Below are positions 36,652-46,016 of a DNA stretch of 64,000 nt, piece after piece. Origin of the DNA: a virus (Duplodnaviria > Heunggongvirae > Uroviricota > Caudoviricetes); the IMG/VR virus record IMGVR_UViG_3300033075_000957, positions 1 to 64,000 of that record; one strand, written 5' to 3'. The notes beneath the pieces are model-generated. The model did no database searches. It was not told the DNA's origin and saw only the letters and a program-made list of their open reading frames with translations. Both the position numbers and the translations under genes were made by a program. How positions within the stretch are numbered: position 1 is the stretch's first letter; every line of letters begins with the position of its first letter.

Positions 36652-37287
36652 ATGAATCACAGAAAACCCTTTGAAAAATATCAACATATTGATGGTAAGA
36701 TTCCTCATAATCGTAAAGATTTAACAGGAGAAACGTTTACGAACTTAACGGTTGTTGGATTAGGTGGTAAACGCGATAGATTATTGTACTGGGAATGTAA
36801 ATGCAAGTGTGGAAATACCACCTTTGTACAAGCAGCCAAACTAAATGCTGGAAAAATTCGGTCTTGTGGTTGTATACAAAAAAATCAACCATCTCCAAAT
36901 CGCGGTGGTTATAAAGAATTAAGCCAAACCTATTGGAGTAAAATGCAAATGGGTGCTAAGCATCGTAATTTAGAATTTGCTATCACTGCTCAACAAGCAT
37001 ATGAACTTTTAGAAAAGCAACAATTTAAATGTGCTTTAAGCGGTGTTCCAATTAAATTATCAGCCAAATATTATTCCAGTTTTAAAAACGGGCGTCGTAC
37101 AGAACAAACCGCCTCGTTAGATCGAATTGATTCTTCAAAAGGATATACGATTGATAATATACAGTGGCTTCATAAAGAAGTAAATTTTATTAAAACAGAT
37201 TTTTCGCAAAACGAAATTATAGATTGGTGCCACAAAATTTCGGATTATCAAAGATCATTAAAGGAGCACTGTGACATATCTTCTTAA
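36652..37287 (+). CDS. HNH_3-family homing endonuclease
   Basis: WECKCKCGN..CGC Zn module; LDRIDSSKGYTIDNIQWLHKEVN matches HNH_3 (IDHID..NN.I.NLRWVT..EN); inserted between nadV and the NMNAT gene. Confidence 0.6.
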   Translation: MNHRKPFEKYQHIDGKIPHNRKDLTGETFTNLTVVGLGGKRDRLLYWECKCKCGNTTFVQAAKLNAGKIRSCGCIQKNQPSPNRGGYKELSQTYWSKMQMGAKHRNLEFAITAQQAYELLEKQQFKCALSGVPIKLSAKYYSSFKNGRRTEQTASLDRIDSSKGYTIDNIQWLHKEVNFIKTDFSQNEIIDWCHKISDYQRSLKEHCDISS

Positions 37288-37792
37288 AAAGATCTTATCA
37301 GAATCAAAAGAATACTCGGACAGTGGTCGTCCACAGATATTGTCAGTCATTTCTGGTGGCGGAATGTCATGGCTTTATCCTACTCTTTTTACAGGTAGTA
37401 GTGCATACTTGCATTCGGTAATCATACCATATGATCGATCTTCTTGGACTGCATTTGGAATTACTTCTGATTATCCTAAAGTAGATACTAACACAACACA
37501 AATATTATTGAATAAGTTAAAATCTTTTTATTATCCACAAGATGGTTTAACCTATTTAGTAATTAATGCCGCACTTAGAACCAATAGAGAGCGTAAAGGT
37601 CAAGATCGGGCTATCATTGGAATCGAAAAGGACGGATATGTAAATATCGATACTTTTACTTTTCCTAAGTATCCTTTAAAGGACATGGACAGCGACCGAC
37701 GTTTTCAAGACGTTATAATATCTGATTATGTATGGACTAAATTAACAGATCCTTTATATTTGAATGCAACGCAAAGCACAGCTTTATATTGA
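37271..37792 (+). CDS. hypothetical protein
   Basis: ORF 173 aa. Confidence 0.4.
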   Translation: MTYLLKKILSESKEYSDSGRPQILSVISGGGMSWLYPTLFTGSSAYLHSVIIPYDRSSWTAFGITSDYPKVDTNTTQILLNKLKSFYYPQDGLTYLVINAALRTNRERKGQDRAIIGIEKDGYVNIDTFTFPKYPLKDMDSDRRFQDVIISDYVWTKLTDPLYLNATQSTALY

Positions 37793-37798
37793 GGTTAT

Positions 37799-38380
37799 AT
37801 GACCTATCCCTTTCTGTACCGTCAACTCGTAGAACGTAAAGTTCCATTTATCCAGTCTGAAAATGGATATTATTATTCTCTAGATAATTGGTTATATACG
37901 AATGGATGGGGAGGAATCACCATTTTTGGTGGTTCTTTTAATCCATTGCATGATGGACATATAGAAATATTAGATATCCTACGATCCAATTACTCATATG
38001 ATGTTTTTGCCGAAATTTCTATTCACCATGTAAGTAAGCCATCTATCACGGAAAACGACTTATACGATCGACTACTTCCGTTTGTTGGACGCTATCCTGT
38101 TTTAGTGACGGACGAGCCTTTAATAGTAAATAAACTTGGAATTCTGAAAGAACATGGCATCGCTCGGGTTACAATGGCTATGGGGGCAGATGTTGCCCAT
38201 AAGTTTATTGCTATGCACGGAAAACTGTTTGTATCTGCTCTAAATACCTCATTCGAGGTTTTCGGACGTAACGGTACAGAAGAGATCAAGCATCCTCCGC
38301 GAAATATGAATTATCATGACATTCCAAACGCTAAGTATCGCGGAATGTCTTCGACCGCTATAAGAGAGGGCAGTGTTTAA
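37799..38380 (+). CDS. nicotinamide-nucleotide adenylyltransferase (NMNAT)
   Basis: ITIFGGSFNPLHDGHIEIL matches the GxFxPxHxGH cytidylyltransferase-fold motif. Confidence 0.6.
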   Translation: MTYPFLYRQLVERKVPFIQSENGYYYSLDNWLYTNGWGGITIFGGSFNPLHDGHIEILDILRSNYSYDVFAEISIHHVSKPSITENDLYDRLLPFVGRYPVLVTDEPLIVNKLGILKEHGIARVTMAMGADVAHKFIAMHGKLFVSALNTSFEVFGRNGTEEIKHPPRNMNYHDIPNAKYRGMSSTAIREGSV

Positions 38381-38564
38381 GATGATATCGTTAATTTTTA
38401 TATATTTGTTTATGGGTCTTATTTCTTGTATATTATGCTGGAATCATAGAAAGGTATATCGTGCTAAATATCAATTCGTTCTTGATTTAGTCATAAGTAT
38501 TTTGTTAGCACCGATTGCACTTATTTTTTGGAGTATTTTTTGTATTCATACAATTCGGCGTTAA
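38373..38564 (+). CDS. small membrane protein
   Basis: Two TM helices. Confidence 0.4.
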   Translation: MFKMISLIFIYLFMGLISCILCWNHRKVYRAKYQFVLDLVISILLAPIALIFWSIFCIHTIRR

Positions 38565-38899
38565 ATGACCCACAAAGTTGGATTCAGGATCAACATAAAA
38601 TCTTTGATAAACGATTAGAAGAAGCAAGAAAACAATTTGATAAAAAAGAATATAAAGATTACGAAAAAAATTACGTAAATAATATTACTTTATTTGTCTT
38701 AAACGAACTCTTTAAAGAAGGAGAATTTGACAGACATTGTTTTATCATTTCAGATAAAAACGAATCATCTAGCGATCTTGCTGTTAAACAATTAATAAAA
38801 ACCGCACTAGAATACGTTAAAAATAAAGAAAATATACAGAAGTATAAAAAATATTTAGCCAGTGGTGGTTTTATTTTTGAGGATATAGACAATGAATAA
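38528..38899 (+). CDS. hypothetical protein
   Basis: ORF 123 aa. Confidence 0.4.
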   Translation: MEYFLYSYNSALNDPQSWIQDQHKIFDKRLEEARKQFDKKEYKDYEKNYVNNITLFVLNELFKEGEFDRHCFIISDKNESSSDLAVKQLIKTALEYVKNKENIQKYKKYLASGGFIFEDIDNE

Positions 38900-40079
38900 T
38901 GGAATTACCGCATTGGTTCGACCGCAAACGCTTGATGATGTAGTAGGTATGGAGACAAATAAGCGTGTTATTACCTATTACGTTAAAGGAGCACAAGCAA
39001 GAAACGAACCGATTCCTAGTTTTATTTGTGGTGGGCCTCCCGGATGCGGTAAATCTACTATTTCAGATATTATTGGAAAAGAAAGTGGTGGCTCTGTACA
39101 CAAGAAAATGGGTGCCGATCTAAAAGATATAGACGATGTTTTTAAACTAGCTATTGACTGTCGTGACGGAGACTGTATCTTTATCGAAGAATGCGAAGCG
39201 ATTGGTGGCGGCAAAAAGGGACGTATCGTCCAGCATTATCTTTATGAATGGATAGAAAATTTCAACCTCCCCGGAAGCCAAAGCTTCGGAATAAGTATTG
39301 TTCCTAAAGTTTGTTTTGTTTTTGCTACGACCGATCCGGGAAAACTACTTCCAGCTTTACGCAGTAGGTGTAAAAGACTCGACGTATCCTACTATGGCAT
39401 CGAAGATATGTCAAAGATTATTTTGCGTGCTGCGTTAAAACTCGGTCATGATTTTAGTACCGATCAAGATGCACTTATGTTATTGGCACAATCGAGTCGA
39501 GGTATGCCTCGTGTAGCTATTATGCAACGACTCGACGCACTACTAAATGTGATGGCTGTTGATAAGTTGCAGTTTAATATAGAAACCGTAGAACGATTTT
39601 TACAAATAATGGATATCCATCCTTTTGGATTAGAGCCTAATGATATCGCATATTGTCGTGCTCTATATGAAACGATGCAAGAGAATGGCGGAAAGCCAGT
39701 ATCGTTAAAGACGATTCAACAGGTAACCGGTTTTGCTGATAATCTTGTGACCGAAGTAATAGAATCGTATCTCTTACAGTCTAAACTTATTCTTGTTAGT
39801 TCCCGTGGCCGAGTACTTACCGGCAAAGCATATGAAGTACTTAAATGGAAACCTATTAGTAGTTCTTACGCGGAAGATTCGCATTTTCATCAATTAGATA
39901 ATCTTGGAGAAATTCTTCAAGACGAAGGAACGACGGAACTAGGCGTACAAGGACTAATGGGTGTATTCAATCTTAAGTACAGTGACCAAAGAGATAGAGC
40001 CGCGTTTTACGCGGCCCTAGATAAATTAGGCTATGTTGTCAAGCGTGGAAGAAACGGCGGAATTCTTAAGAAAGATTAG
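38892..40079 (+). CDS. AAA+ clamp-loader subunit (RFC-small / gp44-like) with C-terminal winged-helix tail
   Basis: RPQTLDDVVGME..GGPPGCGKST Walker A; SRC motif (LRSRC); C-terminal KRGRNGGIL. Confidence 0.6.
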   Translation: MNNGITALVRPQTLDDVVGMETNKRVITYYVKGAQARNEPIPSFICGGPPGCGKSTISDIIGKESGGSVHKKMGADLKDIDDVFKLAIDCRDGDCIFIEECEAIGGGKKGRIVQHYLYEWIENFNLPGSQSFGISIVPKVCFVFATTDPGKLLPALRSRCKRLDVSYYGIEDMSKIILRAALKLGHDFSTDQDALMLLAQSSRGMPRVAIMQRLDALLNVMAVDKLQFNIETVERFLQIMDIHPFGLEPNDIAYCRALYETMQENGGKPVSLKTIQQVTGFADNLVTEVIESYLLQSKLILVSSRGRVLTGKAYEVLKWKPISSSYAEDSHFHQLDNLGEILQDEGTTELGVQGLMGVFNLKYSDQRDRAAFYAALDKLGYVVKRGRNGGILKKD

Positions 40080-40194
40080 TCTTATCTTTTACCGCACCAA
40101 CAACCTTCTCAACACTCTGTTTGTTCTTACGACCAACAAGAATACCAGCCACGAATCCAACTACTAAACATCCAACAGCTACTAAGAATACCAT
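40066..40194 (-). CDS. 42-aa membrane peptide (convergent with the clamp loader)
   Basis: Minus-strand ATG preceded by AAGGAG and by TAGTGTATAAA (plus 40216..40225); MVFLVAVGCLVVGFVAGILVGRKNKQ.. Confidence 0.35.
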   Translation of the reverse strand: MVFLVAVGCLVVGFVAGILVGRKNKQSVEKVVGAVKDKTNLS

Positions 40195-40315
40195 GTGAAT
40201 CTCCTTGTGTACCGTTTATACACTAAAAAAAACAATTTCTTTGATAGAATCCGAGAGTTCTCCGGACTATAATATATAGACAGAAATAAGTCTGTCAATT
40301 GATAAAAGGATCAAT

Positions 40316-40519
40316 ATGTCCAATAATACCGAAGTACAATTGAATATGACAGAAATCGAGACGCTTATCCGTAATGGAAAATTTAGCGTAAGTGCATATG
40401 CCACTCAGATAGGTGTAAGTCAAACAAAAATTCGTTCTGCAATTGTCGCTCATTTTGGCAACAAAATTGAGTTCAAGAAAGGTCGCAACGGCGGAGTAAG
40501 ATTAACAAATGCTACTTAA
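40316..40519 (+). CDS. small HTH/winged-helix-like DNA-binding protein
   Basis: C-terminal KKGRNGGVRL echoes the clamp-loader tail KRGRNGGIL. Confidence 0.4.
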   Translation: MSNNTEVQLNMTEIETLIRNGKFSVSAYATQIGVSQTKIRSAIVAHFGNKIEFKKGRNGGVRLTNAT

Positions 40520-40719
40520 AATAGTTGAATTACTTAATCACGGTTTAGCGGTAGGCGTTCCTGCTTCTAGTCCTGACATGCGAAATCACTCGATAATCGT
40601 TTCTTGTAACGGTCATATTATTGACGAAAACTTAACATATAGTTTTCGACCACATAATTTTTTCCTTAGAGGCAATTACGTTCGCGGCGTATTAGCTTCC
40701 CCAATTTCTCTGGAGGAAA

Positions 40720-41061
40720 ATGCCAGCAGACGATCAAGTAACTTTACTCATTAAATATTCCGATAATGGAATTGAATTTGATATAGATAAAAATTTATCC
40801 CCCAATCGTATTGGGGGTTTATTATTTTTACTACAATCTAAACATATTTGCGAGGCGTTTAGTAAATATTTAATAGAGTTGTATAAAGACGATTCTCGTC
40901 TTGCAAAAATTGTTGAAACATATAATCAGTGCATGTTTCTTGATCAAATCGAAGAAGAAAATGCGACGGATTGGATAAAGCCATATATATCTAATCATAC
41001 ATTAGAAGAAATCGACACAGAAGATAATTATATAGAAACGGAAGACGAAGAAGATGACTGA
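40720..41061 (+). CDS. hypothetical acidic protein
   Basis: C-terminal ETEDEEDD. Confidence 0.4.
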   Translation: MPADDQVTLLIKYSDNGIEFDIDKNLSPNRIGGLLFLLQSKHICEAFSKYLIELYKDDSRLAKIVETYNQCMFLDQIEEENATDWIKPYISNHTLEEIDTEDNYIETEDEEDD

Positions 41062-41902
41062 AATTAATGCCAAAATTATTGCGGATTCAATTAATCCAGA
41101 CGATAATCGGGTAACTACTTTTTTGTTAGTATATCCAAGATATATACATTCAGAAATTATGACCCATCGGGCATTTAGTCGTAACGCCGCGTCTTCAAGA
41201 GCCATTCCTATTAGCAAGATAATCGATCAGGTATATATGGATCGAGCAATGCCGATTTCTTGGGGTAAGAATCAAAAAGGAATGCAGGCATCTCTTAGTT
41301 ATACAGAACGGGAACAGATTCGTGAATGCGAAGAGGCGTGGATTCATGCCGCTAATTCAGCTATTGAATCGGCAAAACTACTACAAAATATAGGTTTACA
41401 TAAACAGATTGTTAATCGTGTGCTTGAGCCTTTTACATGGATGACGACTCTTGTGACTGCTACAGAATGGGAAAACTTTTATAGTTTACGTTTACATAAA
41501 GATGCCCAGCCCGAATTTCAGCGATTAGCATATGTGATGCTAAAAACATATTTAAGTTCACAACCAGAATATAAAAAATGGGGAGAATGGCATATCCCAT
41601 TTTGTGATAACGATATCGATCTTGAAACCTCTCTCAAGATTGCAACTGCGAGAGCGGCTAGAACATCGTACGTTTCTTTTGATAAGGATCATTCGATTAA
41701 AGATGATATCGAATTGCATGACAAATTAATGGAATCTGGACACTGGTCACCTTTTGAACATGCGTGTCAAGCAGATAAGTATGATTCCTCCGGAAATCTT
41801 TATGGATGGAAACAATATCGACATTTCTTTAAAGATGAAAATAGACGATGCGATCTTAAATTATTATTAAAACAATACGAGGAATATGATGCAAACGCTT
41901 AA
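41054..41902 (+). CDS. ThyX-like flavin-dependent thymidylate synthase (divergent motif)
   Basis: IMTHRAFSRNAASSRAIP resembles the ThyX RHRxxxxxxxSxR signature but has THR in place of RHR. Confidence 0.45.
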   Translation: MTEINAKIIADSINPDDNRVTTFLLVYPRYIHSEIMTHRAFSRNAASSRAIPISKIIDQVYMDRAMPISWGKNQKGMQASLSYTEREQIRECEEAWIHAANSAIESAKLLQNIGLHKQIVNRVLEPFTWMTTLVTATEWENFYSLRLHKDAQPEFQRLAYVMLKTYLSSQPEYKKWGEWHIPFCDNDIDLETSLKIATARAARTSYVSFDKDHSIKDDIELHDKLMESGHWSPFEHACQADKYDSSGNLYGWKQYRHFFKDENRRCDLKLLLKQYEEYDANA

Positions 41903-42224
41903 AATTATTCATCCAAACGGTTTACCATTATGGGTTAAAAAATATGTTCATGATGTTTATGAATTAACTAACACAATAAATTCATATAATATTGCATGCG
42001 TATCGTTATTAAATAATTCAGATCTAACCACTGATGAGCATACTAAAACATTAGTACTAGCATTACCAAATCTTTCCGCGTGTGAAAATTATGGCGAATG
42101 GATAAATGATTGCATGGTGGATTTTGTTAATTTGGGTTGGTTATTAAATTCAGATAAATTTGAAATTTTTACAATAGATAATGATAATAATTTTTCATTC
42201 CTAATACGTTTACAATGGAATTAA
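41886..42224 (+). CDS. hypothetical protein
   Basis: ORF 112 aa. Confidence 0.4.
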   Translation: MMQTLKIIHPNGLPLWVKKYVHDVYELTNTINSYNIACVSLLNNSDLTTDEHTKTLVLALPNLSACENYGEWINDCMVDFVNLGWLLNSDKFEIFTIDNDNNFSFLIRLQWN

Positions 42225-42227
42225 ATT

Positions 42228-42761
42228 ATGAATATATTTTCGGGTGATCCAATACTCAAATGGGAAAAAATGTTATGCACGTTTTGCGGAAATCCTACCG
42301 GATGTAATTCTGGATGCGAAGATGTTCCTGTAAAAGAACGTGTAGCGAATATGATGTCCATCAATGGACAAATAAAAAGACTATACAATGCTAACTGTTA
42401 TTTTAAACAATTAAATACTTGGATAGCGTATACTAACTTTCCAGTATCAAAATCGCTTATTGAAAAACTTGCTAAAATTTCTGGTATTGAATCGATCAAT
42501 CCTTTAAGTGCCTATAGCTTTGAGATAGATATTGCAAAAATTTATGACGAAAATAAGGTAAAACAAAATATTGTCTCTGCATACAAAACTTTTATTAAGG
42601 AAAAACAGGCTTTAATTTCGACTAAAAAACAGTTGCAAAATAATCAGGTTTTAGTTTTCCCTAATGGGGCAAAGTATATCGCTAGAACCTCTGAAGAGAA
42701 GCTATTGGCAGAAGAAATAGATCAAATGTTTGGAAATATTCAAAGAACCGAAGAAAATTAG
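42228..42761 (+). CDS. hypothetical protein
   Basis: ORF 177 aa. Confidence 0.45.
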   Translation: MNIFSGDPILKWEKMLCTFCGNPTGCNSGCEDVPVKERVANMMSINGQIKRLYNANCYFKQLNTWIAYTNFPVSKSLIEKLAKISGIESINPLSAYSFEIDIAKIYDENKVKQNIVSAYKTFIKEKQALISTKKQLQNNQVLVFPNGAKYIARTSEEKLLAEEIDQMFGNIQRTEEN

Positions 42762-42769
42762 TGTATAAG
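42759..42769 (+). promoter_or_regulatory. TAGTGTATAAG promoter-like motif
   Basis: 33 nt upstream of the ATG at 42802. Confidence 0.35.
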
Positions 42770-42801
42770 ATTTCAGTTTCTAATTTTCAAAGGTTTTAAA
42801 A

Positions 42802-43332
42802 ATGCCAAGCATTCTCACTAGCGGCGTAGGTTTAGATGGTGTTCAAATTAATATTGACGGTGCGTTTGCGAAGCTTGGTAGCACTAATGCCGGTTTATGT
42901 ACGGCAGGCACCAATAACAGCAAAATGCAAGAAGCGGTAACCCCTGTAATTTATCAGGGTGCAGACGCTGATCTAGCAGCACTACATTCCGCTACTAGCG
43001 GCACTACCCGTCAGCCCATCTTCCTGAATGCTGGTGGTATTTCTGCTGCCAATGACTTTAGAGTAGGCGTAGAAGTCGCGTTAGGCGATCAGGGTGCTCG
43101 TGAAGACGGCGACCTTCACGCCATAACAAAGCATAGCGAGGTTATCGCTACGGGTTGGTCTATGCTCCGCGATGGGCGATGGATGTCTCCAACCGGTGCT
43201 GTCGTATCTATTCTCCCCGTATCGGTCGGAACAGGCATTAGCCTTGGTTCTGATAATACTACAGGTGTAGTAACCGAATACTGGTTTAATCAGGGCGGAA
43301 CTTCTCTCGGTAATATCTCTCTTACTAGATAA
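42802..43332 (+). CDS. Gly/Ser/Thr-rich protein (paralog of 43346..43927), possibly structural
   Basis: MPSILTSGVGLDGVQINIDGAFAKLGSTNAGLCTAG against MGSILTSGNGLDGFIMPNASAYNKLGTMNIGSCTV. Confidence 0.5.
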   Translation: MPSILTSGVGLDGVQINIDGAFAKLGSTNAGLCTAGTNNSKMQEAVTPVIYQGADADLAALHSATSGTTRQPIFLNAGGISAANDFRVGVEVALGDQGAREDGDLHAITKHSEVIATGWSMLRDGRWMSPTGAVVSILPVSVGTGISLGSDNTTGVVTEYWFNQGGTSLGNISLTR

Positions 43333-43345
43333 AGGTAGCCAATAG

Positions 43346-43927
43346 ATGGGATCAATTCTAACATCTGGTAACGGTCTTGACGGCTTTATTATGCCAAACG
43401 CTAGTGCCTATAATAAATTAGGTACTATGAATATTGGCTCGTGTACCGTCAATTCTTTAAATACTAAAACCGAACAAGTTGTTACAAATACTATTCACCA
43501 ATCATCAGAAGAGAGCCTAGAGGCTCTTGCCTCTGGAGCGGCAATTGCTAATTATGTAAATTATTTGCAAGGCATTCTTATCCATTTTGACGGGGATGCG
43601 AATTCACCAACCAGTCTGACTCCGCCCACTGACTATAGTATAGGTGCCGAAATTAGTCTCGGCGACCATGCCGCTGGCGAACGAGGTGATTTAAATAATA
43701 TTTTACAGGGTTATGTGTCTCCAACAGGATTTATGAGAGTAGATGGTAAAATGCTCGGTGTTACGGGTGCGATTCTTAATCCAGATTCAGTAAGAAACTC
43801 AGCGAGTATTTGGGCAACCTATGGCACATTAACCACTTTTGGTTCCGATAATACTTCAGGCATTGCTGCCAAAATTTATACTAATTTTGGAGGCACATCT
43901 GTTCCAACGATTACAAAATCTAGATAA
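43346..43927 (+). CDS. Gly/Ser/Thr-rich protein (paralog of 42802..43332)
   Basis: Tandem duplicate. Confidence 0.5.
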   Translation: MGSILTSGNGLDGFIMPNASAYNKLGTMNIGSCTVNSLNTKTEQVVTNTIHQSSEESLEALASGAAIANYVNYLQGILIHFDGDANSPTSLTPPTDYSIGAEISLGDHAAGERGDLNNILQGYVSPTGFMRVDGKMLGVTGAILNPDSVRNSASIWATYGTLTTFGSDNTSGIAAKIYTNFGGTSVPTITKSR

Positions 43928-43931
43928 GAAA

Positions 43932-43941
43932 AAGTGTATAG
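43932..43941 (+). promoter_or_regulatory. AAGTGTATAG promoter-like motif
   Basis: 7 nt before the ATG at 43948. Confidence 0.35.
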
Positions 43942-43947
43942 TTTGGC

Positions 43948-44376
43948 ATGGCCAAAATACGTACACAATTAGTATTTCGTCCTGATAAACCAAATTACGA
44001 TAATCTTGAAAAGATAAAGTTTTTAGAAAAATTAACGTTTCCGACCGATCAGCCCTACGAAAGACACAGTGCGTGTTATTGGTGGGGCTTTTTTTCTGGC
44101 AAAGAAATGATAGGATATGCCGGTTTAGATCCTAATAGAACAAGAGGATTTTTGTGTGCTTGCGGAATTCTTCCTAAATATAGGGGATTAGGACTCCAGA
44201 AAAAAGCTATAGTTCTTAGAACTAAATATGCTAAAAAAATAGGACTTAGCTGCGTCCACACCTATACTAGTTCAGATAATTTTCCAAGTATTTGTTCTTT
44301 ATTAAAATGTGGGTATATAATGTTTAAAGCGGAGAAATATGATCCGCGATGGATATCCTTCAAAAAGGAATTTTAG
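43948..44376 (+). CDS. GNAT-family N-acetyltransferase
   Basis: Motif A-like ILPKYRGLGLQKKAI. Confidence 0.5.
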   Translation: MAKIRTQLVFRPDKPNYDNLEKIKFLEKLTFPTDQPYERHSACYWWGFFSGKEMIGYAGLDPNRTRGFLCACGILPKYRGLGLQKKAIVLRTKYAKKIGLSCVHTYTSSDNFPSICSLLKCGYIMFKAEKYDPRWISFKKEF

Positions 44377-45236
44377 TGATAAATGTATTTCTACAGGATA
44401 AATCGTTTCGTCCAGATTTGTCAACTGTTCGCGGACGGGCACCAGCATATTGGCAGTATGTCGATAATATCGGCCATTCTGCTATAACAGTTAAAACTCA
44501 TTTTGAAATCTTTCAAAATTTTCAAACACATCCAAAACAGAATCAGTTCGGGATGGCGTGGGAATCGCCAGCGATTGTTCCGCAACTATACGATGCATTA
44601 ATGATGCATCATAAAGAATTGAAAAAATATTATCAACATATTTTCACATATCATCCGTCTCTACTCGAACGGGATAGTGATCTTTTTAAATACGCTCCAT
44701 CATATGGTCATTGGATCAATACAAATTATGGCGGTTACTATGATGATAAAATAGAAAAAACGGAATGTTGTTCATTAGTCGTTTCAGATAAACAGATGAC
44801 TGGTGGTCATGCTATGCGAGCGTGGCTCGCACAACGGTACACGAAGCAGGGCCTACATGTGTTTGGGGCTGGCGTCAGTAATCCATTCGCTAAATCTACT
44901 GACGTATTAGGTAGGTATAGATTCCATCTAGCTATTGAGAATCACGTATGCAAAAACTATATTACTGAAAAGATTCTTAATTGTTTTGCTACTGAAACGA
45001 TTCCCATTTATTGGGGTTGTCCAAATCTAGGAGATTGGTTCAATCTTAATGGTGTAATTGGATTCGAAGAATTTGTAGAAGGATGTAAGACTGGTAGGAT
45101 AGACAATTATCTTACCGAATCTTTGTACCGTTCAAAACTCTCAGCGATAAAAGAAAATCTTCAACGCGTACAAGCGTGGGGTGTTCCCATTGAAGATTAT
45201 ATTCACGAAACATATTTGAAAGGATATTATGCTTAA
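44349..45236 (+). CDS. glycosyltransferase, GT10 (alpha-1,3-fucosyltransferase)-like
   Basis: RYRFHLAIENHVCKNYITEKILNCFATETIPIYWG matches the GT10 C-terminal motif (FYLAFENS..DYITEKFW...VPVV.G). Confidence 0.5.
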   Translation: MDILQKGILVINVFLQDKSFRPDLSTVRGRAPAYWQYVDNIGHSAITVKTHFEIFQNFQTHPKQNQFGMAWESPAIVPQLYDALMMHHKELKKYYQHIFTYHPSLLERDSDLFKYAPSYGHWINTNYGGYYDDKIEKTECCSLVVSDKQMTGGHAMRAWLAQRYTKQGLHVFGAGVSNPFAKSTDVLGRYRFHLAIENHVCKNYITEKILNCFATETIPIYWGCPNLGDWFNLNGVIGFEEFVEGCKTGRIDNYLTESLYRSKLSAIKENLQRVQAWGVPIEDYIHETYLKGYYA

Positions 45237-45786
45237 GGAAACAGTGTCGTTATCAGAATTTATTCGTCGGTTAGTTAGTATCGGAAACAATGAATCTAAT
45301 CCAAGTTATTCGTACGGAGATACTTTTTCAATTAAATTGGTTGAAGATTATTTATATTCCGATGGAGTTCGTGTAGAAATTCATACTAATACAGCAGAAA
45401 CATTTAGAGAAGCAGTTGCCGCTTCATTTAATAAAAACGCATCTAAGAAAACACAAAAACCTTTAAACATACGAATTGCACCAACATCTAAAGGTATTAA
45501 CATTCCGCTTAAAGCGATTCAGTATTTAGGAAATGGTGATAGAGTTTATCTACGTCCTCTTGAGGGAGAAACCGAAAAGTTTCTAATTAATGCATCAGCC
45601 GGTGAAGGAGTGTGTTATCCAATTTATCGTCGTGGCGATAGATTTATCATTACTCCTACGATTCAGCGAAAAGCATTCGGTCAACGTATTGATGGATATA
45701 ATGACTATCGTTATAGTCACAGTAAAGTATGGTCTGTTTCACAAAATGGACAAAATCACAATAGTCTTTATTTTTCACGTAATTAG
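45229..45786 (+). CDS. hypothetical protein
   Basis: ORF 185 aa. Confidence 0.45.
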   Translation: MLKETVSLSEFIRRLVSIGNNESNPSYSYGDTFSIKLVEDYLYSDGVRVEIHTNTAETFREAVAASFNKNASKKTQKPLNIRIAPTSKGINIPLKAIQYLGNGDRVYLRPLEGETEKFLINASAGEGVCYPIYRRGDRFIITPTIQRKAFGQRIDGYNDYRYSHSKVWSVSQNGQNHNSLYFSRN

Positions 45787-45794
45787 TGTATAAT
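45784..45794 (+). promoter_or_regulatory. TAGTGTATAAT promoter-like motif
   Basis: Upstream of the ATG at 45822. Confidence 0.35.
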
Positions 45795-45821
45795 CTTGCG
45801 TTCCTGACGGAGAACGCACAG

Positions 45822-46016
45822 ATGAAAACAGCCAAATTTATTTCTGCTTTCAATAAGTTTTTATTCAAATGCTGCAAATGTGATAAAGCAATTATTTGCG
45901 ATCGCAAAATCTTTGAAAAGAATCCGTCAACTATTGAATGTTATAAATGTAAATGCGTACACAAAGTAGTTGGTTATAAAGTACGCAAATACGGATTACA
46001 AATTGATATAATTTAA
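45822..46016 (+). CDS. small Cys-rich zinc-ribbon protein
   Basis: ATG with GGAGAA RBS; CCKCD..C .. CYKCKC. Confidence 0.4.
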   Translation: MKTAKFISAFNKFLFKCCKCDKAIICDRKIFEKNPSTIECYKCKCVHKVVGYKVRKYGLQIDII

